A DNA stretch of 64,000 nt from Vallitaleaceae bacterium (GTDB lineage: Bacteria; Bacillota; Clostridia; Lachnospirales; Vallitaleaceae), in the NCBI GenBank assembly GCA_963677915.2, contig CAXXGE010000035.1, forward strand, positions 5,130-69,129. Reading direction: 5' to 3'. The position numbers and the translations under genes were made by a program. The number at the start of each line of letters is the position of its first letter. Positions within the stretch are counted from its first letter, which is position 1. Below are positions 29,767-39,912 of the stretch, in pieces. Below the pieces are notes generated by a model, which searched no databases, was not told where the DNA came from, and saw only the letters and a list, made by a program, of their open reading frames with translations.

Positions 29767-29795
29767 AGTATAACACGTATGTCTATAGATGGCAA
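29767..29795 (-). promoter_or_regulatory. Sigma-A-type promoter of the rimP-nusA-infB operon (TTGCCA-17-TATACT)
   Basis: Read from the reverse complement; the -35 starts 2 nt after the gpsA stop. Confidence 0.5.
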
Positions 29796-29797
29796 GA

Positions 29798-30790
29798 TTA
29801 ATCCCATTCGAATTTCTTGTCTCTTGACATCAGCTCCATGACAGCCTCGCCTGGTGCTTTGCCATCGAAAAGTATATGGTTCACCTGCTCGATGATGGGC
29901 ATTTCGACATTATACTTTTGCGCAAGCGCCAACGCTGCATGCGCTGCATAATAGCCTTCAACAACCATACCCACTTCCTTGATGGCTTCTTCTGCAGGTT
30001 TACCCTGTCCAATCAGTATGCCGGCTCTTCTGTTTCGGCTGTGCATGCTCGTACAGGTGACGATAAGGTCGCCGATCCCCGTCAGACCGTTGAAGGTCGC
30101 CATGTCGGCTCCCATAGCCACGCCCAGCCTGCTGATTTCTGCCATGCCCCGCGTCATTAACGCCGCTTTCGTATTGTCACCGTGGCCCAATCCGTCGGAA
30201 ATACCTGCTGCCAGCGCTATGACGTTTTTCAGTGCGCCGCCAATTTCGATTCCCATCACATCCTGGCTGCCATAGACGCGAAAACGTTCGTTCATGAACG
30301 CATTTTGAACTGTTTTGACCACTTCCTTGTGATGGGAGGCCACAACAACCGTGGTAGGCACGCCTTTGGCTACTTCTTCAGCATGGCTCGGCCCCGAAAG
30401 TACAACCACATCATTCTTCGGGTATTCCTGTTCAAGTATGTCCACCAGCGTATTCAAAGTCCCGTCTTCTAGACCCTTGGCTACATTCACAAGAATCTGG
30501 TTCTCCGTGATGAAATCCTTCATCATTTTAGCCGTCGATCGGACGAACTTGGAAGGGACTGCGAAAACGATGATATCCTTGTCTCTAATGCACAGTTCCT
30601 GATTCCATGTGATGACGATGTCCTGATCGATTGGTACACCCGGAAGGTTTCTGACATGTTCCCGTTTTTCGAGAAGCATATCCACTTCCTCTTTCATGAT
30701 CGACCACAAAGAAACGTCATGTCCATTTTTCTTAAGTACCAGTGCCAGAGCCGTACCCCAGCTTCCTGCGCCCAATATGCCTATCTTCAT
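29798..30790 (-). CDS. gpsA: NAD(P)H-dependent glycerol-3-phosphate dehydrogenase
   Basis: MKIGILGAGSWGTALA...; 330 aa. Confidence 0.95.
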   Translation of the reverse strand: MKIGILGAGSWGTALALVLKKNGHDVSLWSIMKEEVDMLLEKREHVRNLPGVPIDQDIVITWNQELCIRDKDIIVFAVPSKFVRSTAKMMKDFITENQILVNVAKGLEDGTLNTLVDILEQEYPKNDVVVLSGPSHAEEVAKGVPTTVVVASHHKEVVKTVQNAFMNERFRVYGSQDVMGIEIGGALKNVIALAAGISDGLGHGDNTKAALMTRGMAEISRLGVAMGADMATFNGLTGIGDLIVTCTSMHSRNRRAGILIGQGKPAEEAIKEVGMVVEGYYAAHAALALAQKYNVEMPIIEQVNHILFDGKAPGEAVMELMSRDKKFEWD

Positions 30791-30800
30791 GTCCTGCCTC

Positions 30801-31409
30801 CTAGCTAGTCTTCGATTTCTTCAGTTTCAGCTTGTTCTCTTCGCCTTTAAGCAGTCTGCCAATGTTGGCCCTGTGCTTGACTATGGCCATTACCGCCATA
30901 AGAACACCGATAGCAAGAAACTCCTTGTTTCCAGGATAGAACACCATAAACCCGACAGGCATGGTGATGACCATAAGGATCGATCCTGCCGAAACGTATT
31001 TGGTAATCAGGATGACCACCGCGAGTACGATTGTTGCGATGGCACCTATTCTCCAGTCAATGCTCCACAAAATGCCTATGCTTGAAGCGATTCCCTTGCC
31101 GCCTCTGAATTTCATGAATACAAGCCAGTTGTGCCCAAGGACAACACCAAGGCCCGCATAAAGGCCTGCTGTCTGACTGTCGAACACTTGCCACATGACC
31201 ACGACAGCCAGTACCGCTTTGGCTACGTCTCCAAGAAAAGTCAGCAATCCGAACTTCCATCCCAGGACCCTGATTGCATTGGTCGTTCCTGCGTTGCCGC
31301 TGCCGTGTTGCCGGATATCGATATGCTTCCGCTTTCCAATAATGTAAGACGTCTGGAAGCATCCGAGCAGATAGCCTGCAAGCAAGCTGATGACTCTGAA
31401 TAATATCAT
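30801..31409 (-). CDS. plsY: Glycerol-3-phosphate acyltransferase PlsY
   Basis: ...HGSGNAGTTN... multi-TM protein; 202 aa. Confidence 0.93.
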   Translation of the reverse strand: MILFRVISLLAGYLLGCFQTSYIIGKRKHIDIRQHGSGNAGTTNAIRVLGWKFGLLTFLGDVAKAVLAVVVMWQVFDSQTAGLYAGLGVVLGHNWLVFMKFRGGKGIASSIGILWSIDWRIGAIATIVLAVVILITKYVSAGSILMVITMPVGFMVFYPGNKEFLAIGVLMAVMAIVKHRANIGRLLKGEENKLKLKKSKTS

Positions 31410-31423
31410 TTTTCTGTCCCCTT

Positions 31424-32749
31424 TTATTTGTCGTTGCTCTTTTCCCTGGAAAGCATCTTGAGCGATGTACCCTTGAATCCGAAAGCTTCCCTAAGCTGGT
31501 TCTCGATATACCTCGTGTAGGAAAAGTGCATCAGTTCCTTGTCGTTGATGAACATGACGAATGTCGGCGGTTTGACAGCCACTTGTGTCATGTAGAAAAT
31601 CTTGAGCCTCTTGCCTTTGTCCGACGGCGGCTGGTTCATGGCCATCGCATCGTATAGGATATCATTGAGAACGCCGGTTGCGACACGCAGGTTCTGGTTC
31701 TGTATGACCATGTCGATAGTCTCAAACAGCTTGTTGAGCCTTTGTCCGGTTTTTGCAGATATGAAAACAATCGGCGCATAGGACATGAAGCTCAGAATCT
31801 TCTGTATGTCGTCTAGGAAACGGTACATCGTCTTGTCGTCTTTTTCGATTGCATCCCATTTGTTGACTGCAACGATGATGCCTTTCCCACGCTCATGGGC
31901 GATGCCGGCTATCTTGGCTTCCTGCTCGGTAATGCCCTCTTCAGCGTCGATCAGCAGGACGGCGATATCGGATTTCTCTATCGCAGCCACCGTCCGAATG
32001 ATACTGTAGCGCTCGATTTCTTCTTTTATCTTTTTCTTCTTTCTCAGGCCGGCCGTATCGACAAATTCGTAAACCTTGCCGTCGTAAACAACTTCCGAGT
32101 TGACCGCATCGCGTGTCGTTCCCGCAATATGGCTGACAATGTGCCTCTCTTCCCCCAGGATTTTGTTGATAAGGGAGGATTTGCCGACATTCGGTTTGCC
32201 GATGATAGCCACCTTGGGATTTTCGTCTTCTTCCTCTTCTTCGGTGGGCTCATAGAAATGGGCGACAACCTCATCCAGCAAATCGCCGAAACCAAGCTTG
32301 TTGGCCGATGACACTGCATTGGGGTCTCCCAGTCCAAGGTTGTAGAATTCATAAACGTCCATCTCCAGCTTGTCCATGTTGTCCACTTTGTTGACACACA
32401 GGACTACCGGCTTCCTGGAACGCCTTAGCATATCCGCCACCTTAAAGTCTGAATCGACAAGTCCCGACTGGATGTCTACGACAAAAAGAATGACATCTGC
32501 CGTATCGATGGCGATTTCCGCCTGCATTCTCATTTGAGACAGGATGATATCAGACGAATCGGGTTCGATACCGCCTGTATCTATGATAGTGAAATTGTAG
32601 TTGAGCCATTCTACGTCGGCATATATCCGATCCCGTGTAACTCCGGGCGTGTCCTGAACGATGGAAATCTTTTGACCTGCCATCATGTTGAACAGTGTTG
32701 ATTTCCCTACGTTCGGCCTTCCGACGATGGCAACGATTGGTTTGCCCAT
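31424..32749 (-). CDS. der: Ribosome-associated GTPase Der/EngA (tandem G domains + KH-like)
   Basis: GRPNVGKST and [10 protein letters not shown]-loops. Confidence 0.96.
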   Translation of the reverse strand: MGKPIVAIVGRPNVGKSTLFNMMAGQKISIVQDTPGVTRDRIYADVEWLNYNFTIIDTGGIEPDSSDIILSQMRMQAEIAIDTADVILFVVDIQSGLVDSDFKVADMLRRSRKPVVLCVNKVDNMDKLEMDVYEFYNLGLGDPNAVSSANKLGFGDLLDEVVAHFYEPTEEEEEDENPKVAIIGKPNVGKSSLINKILGEERHIVSHIAGTTRDAVNSEVVYDGKVYEFVDTAGLRKKKKIKEEIERYSIIRTVAAIEKSDIAVLLIDAEEGITEQEAKIAGIAHERGKGIIVAVNKWDAIEKDDKTMYRFLDDIQKILSFMSYAPIVFISAKTGQRLNKLFETIDMVIQNQNLRVATGVLNDILYDAMAMNQPPSDKGKRLKIFYMTQVAVKPPTFVMFINDKELMHFSYTRYIENQLREAFGFKGTSLKMLSREKSNDK

Positions 32750-32802
32750 GTCATTCTCCTTCGTGTTTCTTTAATCTATTATAGCAATTATCTCATAAAT
32801 GA

Positions 32803-34131
32803 CTAGCTGAAATTGAAAATTCTGTCAACGAAATCAGCGCCGTACTGGTCTACGGGCACGACTGTCACACCGAGAGCCGATTCCATATCTTCCAGTGTAA
32901 TATCGTCAAGCAGCACGGTTTCCCCGCTTTTCAGCAAGCTATCCGGTACAAAGACGCAGTCTCCGAGATCCTTGTTTTCGAGTTGCCTTATAATGTCTTT
33001 TCCTGTCAGCAGCCCCGATACCGTGATCATAGGGCCGAAGAAGCTGTTTTCCACACCTTCAACCGCTGCCTCAACGCCAGGGAATTTATCGTTCATTATA
33101 TGAACAACTTGCTTCAGTGCCTGTTCCATCAGCTTTCCCGTAACCAGCGTGCATTTCCTGTGTTTTCCGTGGCCACCGGTATTCGCGTATGCGTCTTCAA
33201 CCGTGTTGATGAACAGCCTTGTGCTTCCAACACCGTTTTCAAGCTGCAGATAACCGTCGTATCTTTCTTCTTCAGGAACCGCCCTTTCTGCAAGGAAATA
33301 GAATTCGTCTCCTGCATGGATGAAATGGCTGTCCCCGTCCTTCATTGCGGCCTTCTGAAACGATTCGATGGTTTCAAGCACGGTCTCCGCATCCGCTTTT
33401 GTGAAAGGTTCCAAAGGATAGAGGCCATCCCTGTGTTTCGACAACCCGACAGGCACAACGGAAACGCTCTGCAGATGCGGCCTGTAGGCCATCATCTTCT
33501 GTATGCTGTCAGCCAGTTCCCTGCCGTCGTTCAAACCTTTGCACAGCACAATCTGGCCGTTCATCGTTATGCCTGCATCATTCAGACGGTCCATATAGCC
33601 TGCGAGACGGTCGGCGAACCGGTTATTGAGCATTTCCTTCCTGAGTGCCATGTTCATCGTATGGATAGACAGATTGATTGGCGATAGATGGTACTTGATA
33701 ATCCTGTCAACGTCCCTGTCGCTCATATTGGTCAGCGTTATATAATTGCCCTGAAGGAATGACAGCCTTGCATCATCATCCTTGAAATACAGGGTTTCCC
33801 TCATGCCTTCAGGCAGCTGGTCGATGAAGCAAAAGACGCATTTGTTTCTGCAGGATTTATAGTCATCCATGAGATTCGTGTCGAACTCAAGACCCAGGTC
33901 CTCTTCCTCGTCCTTTTCGATCTCCAGCTCCCAAATCTCGGCGGTGTCCTTCTTTTCGATCTCTAGGACAAGCTCCTCTTCCTGAACCATCAAATGGTAA
34001 TCAAGGGCATCCTGGACTGTTTTCCCGTTAATCGCCAGCAGCATGTCGCCCGGTTCTATACCAAGCTCCTCTGCTATGCTGTCCCCTTCTACCGCCAGAA
34101 TCGGATGTTTTTTCAATTCATTCTTGTCCAT
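32803..34131 (-). CDS. DUF512 / PDZ-domain radical-SAM-like protein (TIGR03279-type)
   Basis: N-terminal PDZ-like region, CRNKCVFC (Cx3Cx2C) motif and conserved position upstream of der. Confidence 0.75.
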   Translation of the reverse strand: MDKNELKKHPILAVEGDSIAEELGIEPGDMLLAINGKTVQDALDYHLMVQEEELVLEIEKKDTAEIWELEIEKDEEEDLGLEFDTNLMDDYKSCRNKCVFCFIDQLPEGMRETLYFKDDDARLSFLQGNYITLTNMSDRDVDRIIKYHLSPINLSIHTMNMALRKEMLNNRFADRLAGYMDRLNDAGITMNGQIVLCKGLNDGRELADSIQKMMAYRPHLQSVSVVPVGLSKHRDGLYPLEPFTKADAETVLETIESFQKAAMKDGDSHFIHAGDEFYFLAERAVPEEERYDGYLQLENGVGSTRLFINTVEDAYANTGGHGKHRKCTLVTGKLMEQALKQVVHIMNDKFPGVEAAVEGVENSFFGPMITVSGLLTGKDIIRQLENKDLGDCVFVPDSLLKSGETVLLDDITLEDMESALGVTVVPVDQYGADFVDRIFNFS

Positions 34132-34972
34132 CTATAGTCACTTCCTTCAGTGAAAGCATGGCAGCCAGACTGCCCCTTGTGGCACCTTGCGCCCTGTGCG
34201 AATGGAACAGGTCGTTGTTGCATCTCGTGCAAAGACCGGATATCTCTATGTTATCCTCGGGGACGCCAGCCTCGATCAGCGGCATCTCATTCGCCGCCTG
34301 GAGGTTCAGCATGCGTCCCAGCGCCAGGGGGTCAGACCTTTTGGCACGCTGACCGGAGCCGGGTGCCAAAAGGTCTGACCCCCTGGCACTCATAGCACTC
34401 TCGAACGCCTTGATGATTTCTTCAGATACTTCATAACAGCAGGGACCGATGGACGGTCCTATGCCTACAAGCACATCTTCAGGGCGGGTGCCGTACAAGC
34501 TGTTCATTTCCTCAAGGGTCTTCAGCCCCATTTTCTTCAGTGTCCCTTTCCATCCCGCATGAGATAACGCAATGGCCTTATGTACCGGGTCGAGGAAAAA
34601 CAGGGGCACACAGTCTGCATAGAATGTCACCAGGGTGACACCCGGTACATTCGTCGTCAGGCCATCAACGCCTCGGATATCCGATTCCCGAATGAATCCT
34701 TTGCCCACATCCTCTTTCCCGACAAAAACGACCCTATCTTCATGGACCTGGTCCGAGAAAACAAGAGAGTTTTCATCCACGCCGACCGTCCTGCAGAATC
34801 TTGCAAAATTCTCCTTCACGGCCACCGGATCGTCCCCTCTTGTGAAACTCAGGTTCATGCTGCTGAATGGTCCCTGGCTGACACCACCGCGTCTCGTTGA
34901 AACGCCATGGTGTACCAACCCGCTGTTTTCAAATGATGTAAATCTGACAATCTTTTTCTCCTGGTCCAACAT
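34118..34972 (-). CDS. pgeF: Peptidoglycan editing factor PgeF / YfiH (DUF152 laccase-like), with an in-frame palindromic insertion
   Basis: ...HHGVSTRRGGVS...QVHEDRV...DGL.T...ADC.P..F.D...AL.HAGW.G...CYEV... The ATG at 34972 lies 1 nt after the yraN stop. Confidence 0.85.
   Translation of the reverse strand: MLDQEKKIVRFTSFENSGLVHHGVSTRRGGVSQGPFSSMNLSFTRGDDPVAVKENFARFCRTVGVDENSLVFSDQVHEDRVVFVGKEDVGKGFIRESDIRGVDGLTTNVPGVTLVTFYADCVPLFFLDPVHKAIALSHAGWKGTLKKMGLKTLEEMNSLYGTRPEDVLVGIGPSIGPCCYEVSEEIIKAFESAMSARGSDLLAPGSGQRAKRSDPLALGRMLNLQAANEMPLIEAGVPEDNIEISGLCTRCNNDLFHSHRAQGATRGSLAAMLSLKEVTIDGQE
34323..34387. repeat. Perfect 25-bp inverted repeat with a 15-nt spacer, inside the pgeF coding sequence
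   Basis: GCCAGGGGGTCAGACCTTTTGGCAC (34323-34347) is the exact reverse complement of 34363-34387. The stretch is locally GC-rich. Confidence 0.95.
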
Positions 34973-34973
34973 G

Positions 34974-35336
34974 CTAGACACCGAACCTTTCCGTAGGACT
35001 GAAGGCATTTTTGTAATGAACGATTCTGTCACCCGTTATGCCTACGATATCGAACCGCAGACTCCGTCCGTACAAGCCCTTTTCCTTTATATAGTACATG
35101 GCCGTTCTGGAAAGCCGCTGGCGCTTCCTGTAATCCACTGCCTCGAAAGGCTGTCCATGGCCGTCGCTTTTTCTGTATTTGACCTCGACGAAAACCGTCG
35201 CATCACCGTCACGGGCAATGATATCGATTTCACCGGTTCTTTTCCTGTAATTCATTTCAATCACTTTATATCCAAGGCACGTCAGATAGTCGGCTGCATA
35301 GCGTTCCTTCTCGTGCCCTGTCTCAAGACGGTCCAT
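34974..35336 (-). CDS. yraN: YraN-family (UPF0102) endonuclease-like protein
   Basis: ...GE.AA..YL...GY.I...N.R...GEIDIIA.DG...VFVEVK.R... Confidence 0.88.
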   Translation of the reverse strand: MDRLETGHEKERYAADYLTCLGYKVIEMNYRKRTGEIDIIARDGDATVFVEVKYRKSDGHGQPFEAVDYRKRQRLSRTAMYYIKEKGLYGRSLRFDIVGITGDRIVHYKNAFSPTERFGV

Positions 35337-35348
35337 ACCCGTACCCGC

Positions 35349-36104
35349 CTACAGAAAGTTGCCGATGAAGCTGATGCGGTGGATCGGTGTCGGTCCAAGG
35401 CTTTTTATACCTTCTATGTGCTCCTTCGAACCGTATCCCTTGTTTGATGCAAATCCATAGCCTGGATAGAGTTCATCGTAGTCCTTCATCATTCTGTCCC
35501 GTGTCACTTTGGCAATGATACTTGCAGCCGCAATCGATTGGCTCTTCTCATCGCCTTTTATGATGGAAACCTGCTTGGCGTCGACACCAGGGATATTGAC
35601 CGCATCGACAAGCAGCACATCCGCTTTGACATCAAGTTCGGAAATGGCCGTCTTCATGCTCTCTATAGTCGCCTGGAGTATGTTGATTCTGTCGATGGTG
35701 CCCGGAGAGACGATGCCGATTCCAACCGATACAGCCTTCTCCATAATTTCATCATACAGGCGCTCCCTTAACTTTTCCGAACATTTTTTAGAATCATTAA
35801 CATAGGGAATCTTCAAGCCTTTGGGCATCACCACAGCCGCTGAGACAACCGGTCCCGCCAAAGGTCCTCTTCCCACCTCGTCGATACCAGCAATATAGAC
35901 AGCATCCGAATGTCTGTCTTCATACACAAGCATGCCATCGAGCCGTTCGAGCTCCTTTTCATGGTCTTTGATCTTTTTCCCTGCCTGAGCGACAATCTTT
36001 TCGACGCCGCTTCTTCCGTCATCCTGGCAGGCAGCGATGAAACCATCCAGCATATCGACAGAGCATGCATCAAATTCCGCTTTAATATCCTTGATCGTTT
36101 TCAT
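35349..36104 (-). CDS. rnhB: Ribonuclease HII
   Basis: ...IAGIDEVGRGPLAGPVV...DSK... Confidence 0.94.
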   Translation of the reverse strand: MKTIKDIKAEFDACSVDMLDGFIAACQDDGRSGVEKIVAQAGKKIKDHEKELERLDGMLVYEDRHSDAVYIAGIDEVGRGPLAGPVVSAAVVMPKGLKIPYVNDSKKCSEKLRERLYDEIMEKAVSVGIGIVSPGTIDRINILQATIESMKTAISELDVKADVLLVDAVNIPGVDAKQVSIIKGDEKSQSIAAASIIAKVTRDRMMKDYDELYPGYGFASNKGYGSKEHIEGIKSLGPTPIHRISFIGNFL

Positions 36105-36952
36105 TATTCAAGGGTCACCCTTCCAAGCTTGCCATTTTTGAACTCTTCCATCAGCATGGTTGACATCCGCATCGTGTCCGGTTCATTGCCGGTTTTGACC
36201 ATGTTCCTCTGTCTGGCGATTGCCGTCAGGAGCTCATGACCTTCCATCTGATCCATGCCTTCCACCGGATATTTTGCCGCCAGAAGTTCAGGATAGCTTT
36301 CCTTCATAAAATCGAGCACATGGATCGCCAGCGCTTCGACATCCAGAATCTCTTCTTTGATGGATCCTATCATCGCCAGTCGGATGCCCACACTTTTGTC
36401 TTCAAACTTGGGCCAGAGTATTCCCGGGGTATCCAGCAATTCGATATTGTTCTTCAGCTTGATCCACTGTTTCCCTTTGGTAACACCAGGTTTGTTTCCT
36501 GTCTTGGCACTGGCCTTTCCGACCAGTTGATTGATGAATGTGCTTTTACCGACGTTCGGTATACCAACAACCATGCAACGCAGCGGACGGTTGATCAGTC
36601 CCCGCTTTCTGTTTCGCTCGATCTTCTCCTTCAGTACATCCTTGACCAGAGCAGGCACTTGCTTGACACTGTTGCCCGTCCGGCTGTTGATACCAAGGAC
36701 AGCCCATCCGTCCTTCTCGAAATAGCTTTGGTAGAATTCAGTCCGTTTCGGATCTGCCAGGTCTATTTTGTTAAGGAGCATGATTTTAGGTTTTCCACCG
36801 GCAATTTCCCCCATATCGGGATTCATGCTGCTGACAGGCACCCTGGCATCCACCAGTTCAACCACTACATCCACCAATTTGATATTTTCCTTCATCATCC
36901 GTTTGGCCTTCGTCATGTGGCCCGGATACCATTGAATATTCAAGACAATCAA
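36104..36952 (-). CDS. rbgA: Ribosome biogenesis GTPase A (YlqF)
   Basis: Circularly permuted GTPase with IQWYPGHM, LNKIDL and GIPNVGKST. Confidence 0.94.
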   Translation of the reverse strand: MIVLNIQWYPGHMTKAKRMMKENIKLVDVVVELVDARVPVSSMNPDMGEIAGGKPKIMLLNKIDLADPKRTEFYQSYFEKDGWAVLGINSRTGNSVKQVPALVKDVLKEKIERNRKRGLINRPLRCMVVGIPNVGKSTFINQLVGKASAKTGNKPGVTKGKQWIKLKNNIELLDTPGILWPKFEDKSVGIRLAMIGSIKEEILDVEALAIHVLDFMKESYPELLAAKYPVEGMDQMEGHELLTAIARQRNMVKTGNEPDTMRMSTMLMEEFKNGKLGRVTLE

Positions 36953-37036
36953 CCTCCTGTCGTTAATTCAACTTTTTCTTCTCTATATTCGCAAAAAGGA
37001 AACGCAAATATATCCGCGCTCCCTCCTGATAGTCTT

Positions 37037-37570
37037 CTATTTAAATGTACCGATTGAGCTTAAAGGCCATATGCGCCATAAAGCCCTGCCGATGATATCG
37101 CTTTTCTTTATCGTACCGACATCGGTGTATCTGCTGTCTGAACTGTTGTTCCTGTTGTCTCCCATGACGAAGTATTCACCATCAGGGACCGTAAGCGGCA
37201 GGTTGTCTCCGTAATCTTCAATGAGGTCGAATCCCATATCTGCGTCCACCTGTTCGCCGTTGACGAAAACTTTTCCCTCTTCAATGTTCACAGTATCACC
37301 TGGCAGGCCGATGACTCTTTTTATGTAATTCAGCGAAGGGTTCTTCTTGTATGGAAATACAACAATGTCAAAACGTTCAGGATTGCTAAAATGATACGTC
37401 AGCTTGTCGATGACCACCCTGTCTCCGTCTTTTAATGTCGGCATCATGGATTCGCCAATGACATTTGTCATCTGCCCGATGAAAGTGATAATAATCCATA
37501 CTGCCAGCAGCGCAATTGCTATATCTCTAACCCATGTGAAGATTTCCCATTTCAAAGTGCCTCTTTCCAT
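37037..37570 (-). CDS. lepB: Signal peptidase I
   Basis: ...GESMMPTL..GD...IKRVIGLPGD...GDNR..S.DSR... Confidence 0.92.
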   Translation of the reverse strand: MERGTLKWEIFTWVRDIAIALLAVWIIITFIGQMTNVIGESMMPTLKDGDRVVIDKLTYHFSNPERFDIVVFPYKKNPSLNYIKRVIGLPGDTVNIEEGKVFVNGEQVDADMGFDLIEDYGDNLPLTVPDGEYFVMGDNRNNSSDSRYTDVGTIKKSDIIGRALWRIWPLSSIGTFK

Positions 37571-37597
37571 TCCGACCCTCCTTCTAGCAAGAAAATA

Positions 37598-37624
37598 AAG
37601 GGACTTGCGTAACCGCAGTCCCTT
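37598..37624 (-). terminator. rplS terminator
   Basis: aagggact...agtccctt hairpin followed by TTTATTTTCTT on the minus strand. Confidence 0.7.
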
Positions 37625-37645
37625 CGTGTCGATCGTCGACGATGA

Positions 37646-37993
37646 TTATCTGATAAGCTCTTTGACTTTCGCCTTCTTGCCGACTCTCTCTCTGAGATAG
37701 TGCAATCTTGCTCTGCGGACCTTACCACGTCTAATCACTTCAATCTTCTCGATGTTCGGTGAATGCAACGGCCAGATTTTCTCAACGCCTACGCCGTAGG
37801 AAATTCTTCTGACTGTGAATGTTTCACGAGCGCCGCCATTTTGTCTCTTGATGACAGTCCCTTCAAACATCTGTAACCTTTCGCGATTGCCCTCTTTTAC
37901 TTTAGCATAGACACGTACAGTGTCACCTACATTAAAAGATGCAACTTCGCTTTTAAGTTGAGCTTGTTCGATTTCTCTAATAATATCGTTCAT
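37646..37993 (-). CDS. rplS: 50S ribosomal protein L19
   Basis: [14 protein letters not shown]...F.VGDTVRV...EG.RER.Q.FEG.VI. The internal ATG at 37993 has a GGAGG RBS. Confidence 0.96.
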   Translation of the reverse strand: MNDIIREIEQAQLKSEVASFNVGDTVRVYAKVKEGNRERLQMFEGTVIKRQNGGARETFTVRRISYGVGVEKIWPLHSPNIEKIEVIRRGKVRRARLHYLRERVGKKAKVKELIR

Positions 37994-38067
37994 GAGTAAC
38001 CTCCTTCCGTTCAGACATTCATAAATATTCTTCCATACCAGAGGAATGCCGTACTCACAATACAGAA

Positions 38068-38814
38068 CTATAACATATTGCGTAAATAATTGCAATGTTT
38101 TTTTAGGAAACGCAAATCCTCTTCCGTCAGGTTGGCTTTATCCAGTAAATCAGGCCTTTTCTGCCAGGTTCTAAGGAGGGATTGCTCCCTTCTCCACCTG
38201 TCAATATTCTGGTGGTTTCCTGACAGCAGCACCTCCGGCACGTCCATGCCTTCGTAGGACGACGGCCTTGTATATTGAGGGTATTCAAGGAGACCGTCAT
38301 CAAAGGTTTCCGTCTCGGCGGACATCTTGTTGCTGAGCACGCCCGGCACCAGTCTGGATATCGCATCGATCATGACCATGACCGCCAGTTCGCCGCCCGT
38401 CAGCACATAATCGCCGATTGACACTTCATCCGTGATGATAGTGTCTATGATCCTCTCGTCGACGCCTTCATAGTGGCCGCAAAGAAAGACCAGTTCCTCC
38501 TCCTGTGCCAGTTCCTTCACCATTTCCTGGTTGAAGGGCTTTCCCTGAGGTGTCAGGTAAATGACACGAGGTTTCTTTTCCCTGTCCGCAAAGTGATGTC
38601 TGTAGGCATCCAGTATCGGCTGCACCTGAAGCACCATGCCGGCACCGCCGCCGAAGGGATAGTCATCCACCTTCATATGCTTGCTGGCACTGAAATCCCT
38701 GAAGTTGATCGTATGGAGTTCAATGCTCTCCTGGTTCATCGCCTTCCCGATAATGCTATGGCTCAAGCCGGTTTCTATCATTTCAGGAAAAAGCGTCATG
38801 ACATGGAATTTCAT
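38068..38814 (-). CDS. trmD: tRNA (guanine37-N1)-methyltransferase
   Basis: [12 protein letters not shown]...[12 protein letters not shown]... The ATG at 38814 overlaps the rimM stop (ATGA). Confidence 0.95.
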   Translation of the reverse strand: MKFHVMTLFPEMIETGLSHSIIGKAMNQESIELHTINFRDFSASKHMKVDDYPFGGGAGMVLQVQPILDAYRHHFADREKKPRVIYLTPQGKPFNQEMVKELAQEEELVFLCGHYEGVDERIIDTIITDEVSIGDYVLTGGELAVMVMIDAISRLVPGVLSNKMSAETETFDDGLLEYPQYTRPSSYEGMDVPEVLLSGNHQNIDRWRREQSLLRTWQKRPDLLDKANLTEEDLRFLKKHCNYLRNML

Positions 38815-39320
38815 TGACCCAGTCCTTCCATCATATGCACCGTCATGCGACGCTCCGCAAGATCCACCTTCAATATGCATTCCTTGATTGCAGGCAGAAG
38901 CAGGCCATGTCTGCTGCCGTCATCGACGACATAGACATCGTTGCTGCCGGTGAAGATGACATCCGCTATTTTCCCGAGCCTTTCACCCTTGTCGTCAAAA
39001 ACGTCAATACCCTCCAGATCCTGAATGTAATATTCATCCATGCCTAAAGGCAGCGCTTTATCACGCGGAATCTTCACAATGCCCTGTTTCAGAAGCAGCG
39101 CTTCATCCATTGTATTTATCTCTTCAAATTGAATCAGCACAAGATTCTTCTGGTATTTGACCGAAGCGATCTTCAGCACCCTGTTCTCACCTTTGGCTGT
39201 TTCAACCGTTACCTCTTTAAGAAGCTCGAACCGTGTCATGTCATCTGTTGTAGGCAACACCTTGACCATGCCTCTGATGCCATGGGTATTGGCAATGCGC
39301 CCAATATAAACTTCATCCAT
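38811..39320 (-). CDS. rimM: 16S rRNA processing protein RimM
   Basis: ...IGRI...HG.RG.VKV...; 169 aa. Confidence 0.92.
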   Translation of the reverse strand: MDEVYIGRIANTHGIRGMVKVLPTTDDMTRFELLKEVTVETAKGENRVLKIASVKYQKNLVLIQFEEINTMDEALLLKQGIVKIPRDKALPLGMDEYYIQDLEGIDVFDDKGERLGKIADVIFTGSNDVYVVDDGSRHGLLLPAIKECILKVDLAERRMTVHMMEGLGQ

Positions 39321-39355
39321 CTGACATTCCCCTTTCCTGTTAAACTAGAAATAAA

Positions 39356-39380
39356 AAGGTTAGAGCCAGGCTCTAACCTT
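39356..39380 (-). terminator. Hairpin + T-run between khpA and rimM
   Basis: aaggttagagc-cag-gctctaacctt, then TTTTTATTTC on the minus strand. Confidence 0.7.
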
Positions 39381-39394
39381 GATTGATATTACTG

Positions 39395-39622
39395 TTAAAG
39401 GATTTCCACGGTTACGCGTTTGTCATCCTTTGTCGCAGCTGCCTTGACAACGGCACGGATCGCTTTGGCTATACGGCCTTGCTTTCCAATAACCTTGCCC
39501 ATGTCGTCATCAGCCACTTTAAGTTCAATGACCGTAGATTTTTCTTTGACGACTTCATTGACCACAACTTGTTCAGGATGATCGACAAGCGCTTTCGCGA
39601 TTACCTCGACCAGTTCCTTCAT
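39395..39622 (-). CDS. khpA: KH-domain RNA-binding protein KhpA/YlqC
   Basis: 75 aa, ...[14 protein letters not shown]... Confidence 0.9.
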   Translation of the reverse strand: MKELVEVIAKALVDHPEQVVVNEVVKEKSTVIELKVADDDMGKVIGKQGRIAKAIRAVVKAAATKDDKRVTVEIL

Positions 39623-39635
39623 GGCGATACCTCCA

Positions 39636-39881
39636 TTAGTCGATGATACCTGATATTTTCAAAAGTCTTTTGACTGTATCAGATGGTTGAGCGCCAGTAT
39701 CAAGCCATTTCTTGGCGATTTCAGCATCCACCTTAAGGTCGATTGGTTCCTTCGTCGGATCGTAGTAACCTACTTGCTCGATGAATTTACCATCCCTTGG
39801 GGATCTGGAATCCGCAACAACGATTCTATAGAAAGGAGCTTTCTTTTGTCCCATTCTTTTCAATCTCATTCTTACTGCCAT
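39636..39881 (-). CDS. rpsP: 30S ribosomal protein S16
   Basis: [36 protein letters not shown]. Confidence 0.96.
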   Translation of the reverse strand: MAVRMRLKRMGQKKAPFYRIVVADSRSPRDGKFIEQVGYYDPTKEPIDLKVDAEIAKKWLDTGAQPSDTVKRLLKISGIID

Positions 39882-39912
39882 GTGTTTCACCTCCTTGAAA
39901 TATTGGTTTTAT

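Noticed and set aside
34150-34395. Three overlapping small plus-strand ORFs (61-81 aa) around the pgeF palindrome.
   Set aside because: They are artefacts of the GC-rich palindrome, which removes stop codons on both strands. They overlap the conserved pgeF frame.
37994-38067. Possible L19 (rplS) autoregulatory leader, and similarly an S15 leader at 22029-22128.
   Set aside because: The position is right, but I cannot verify the conserved structure by eye. This needs a covariance-model search (Rfam L19_leader / S15 leaders).
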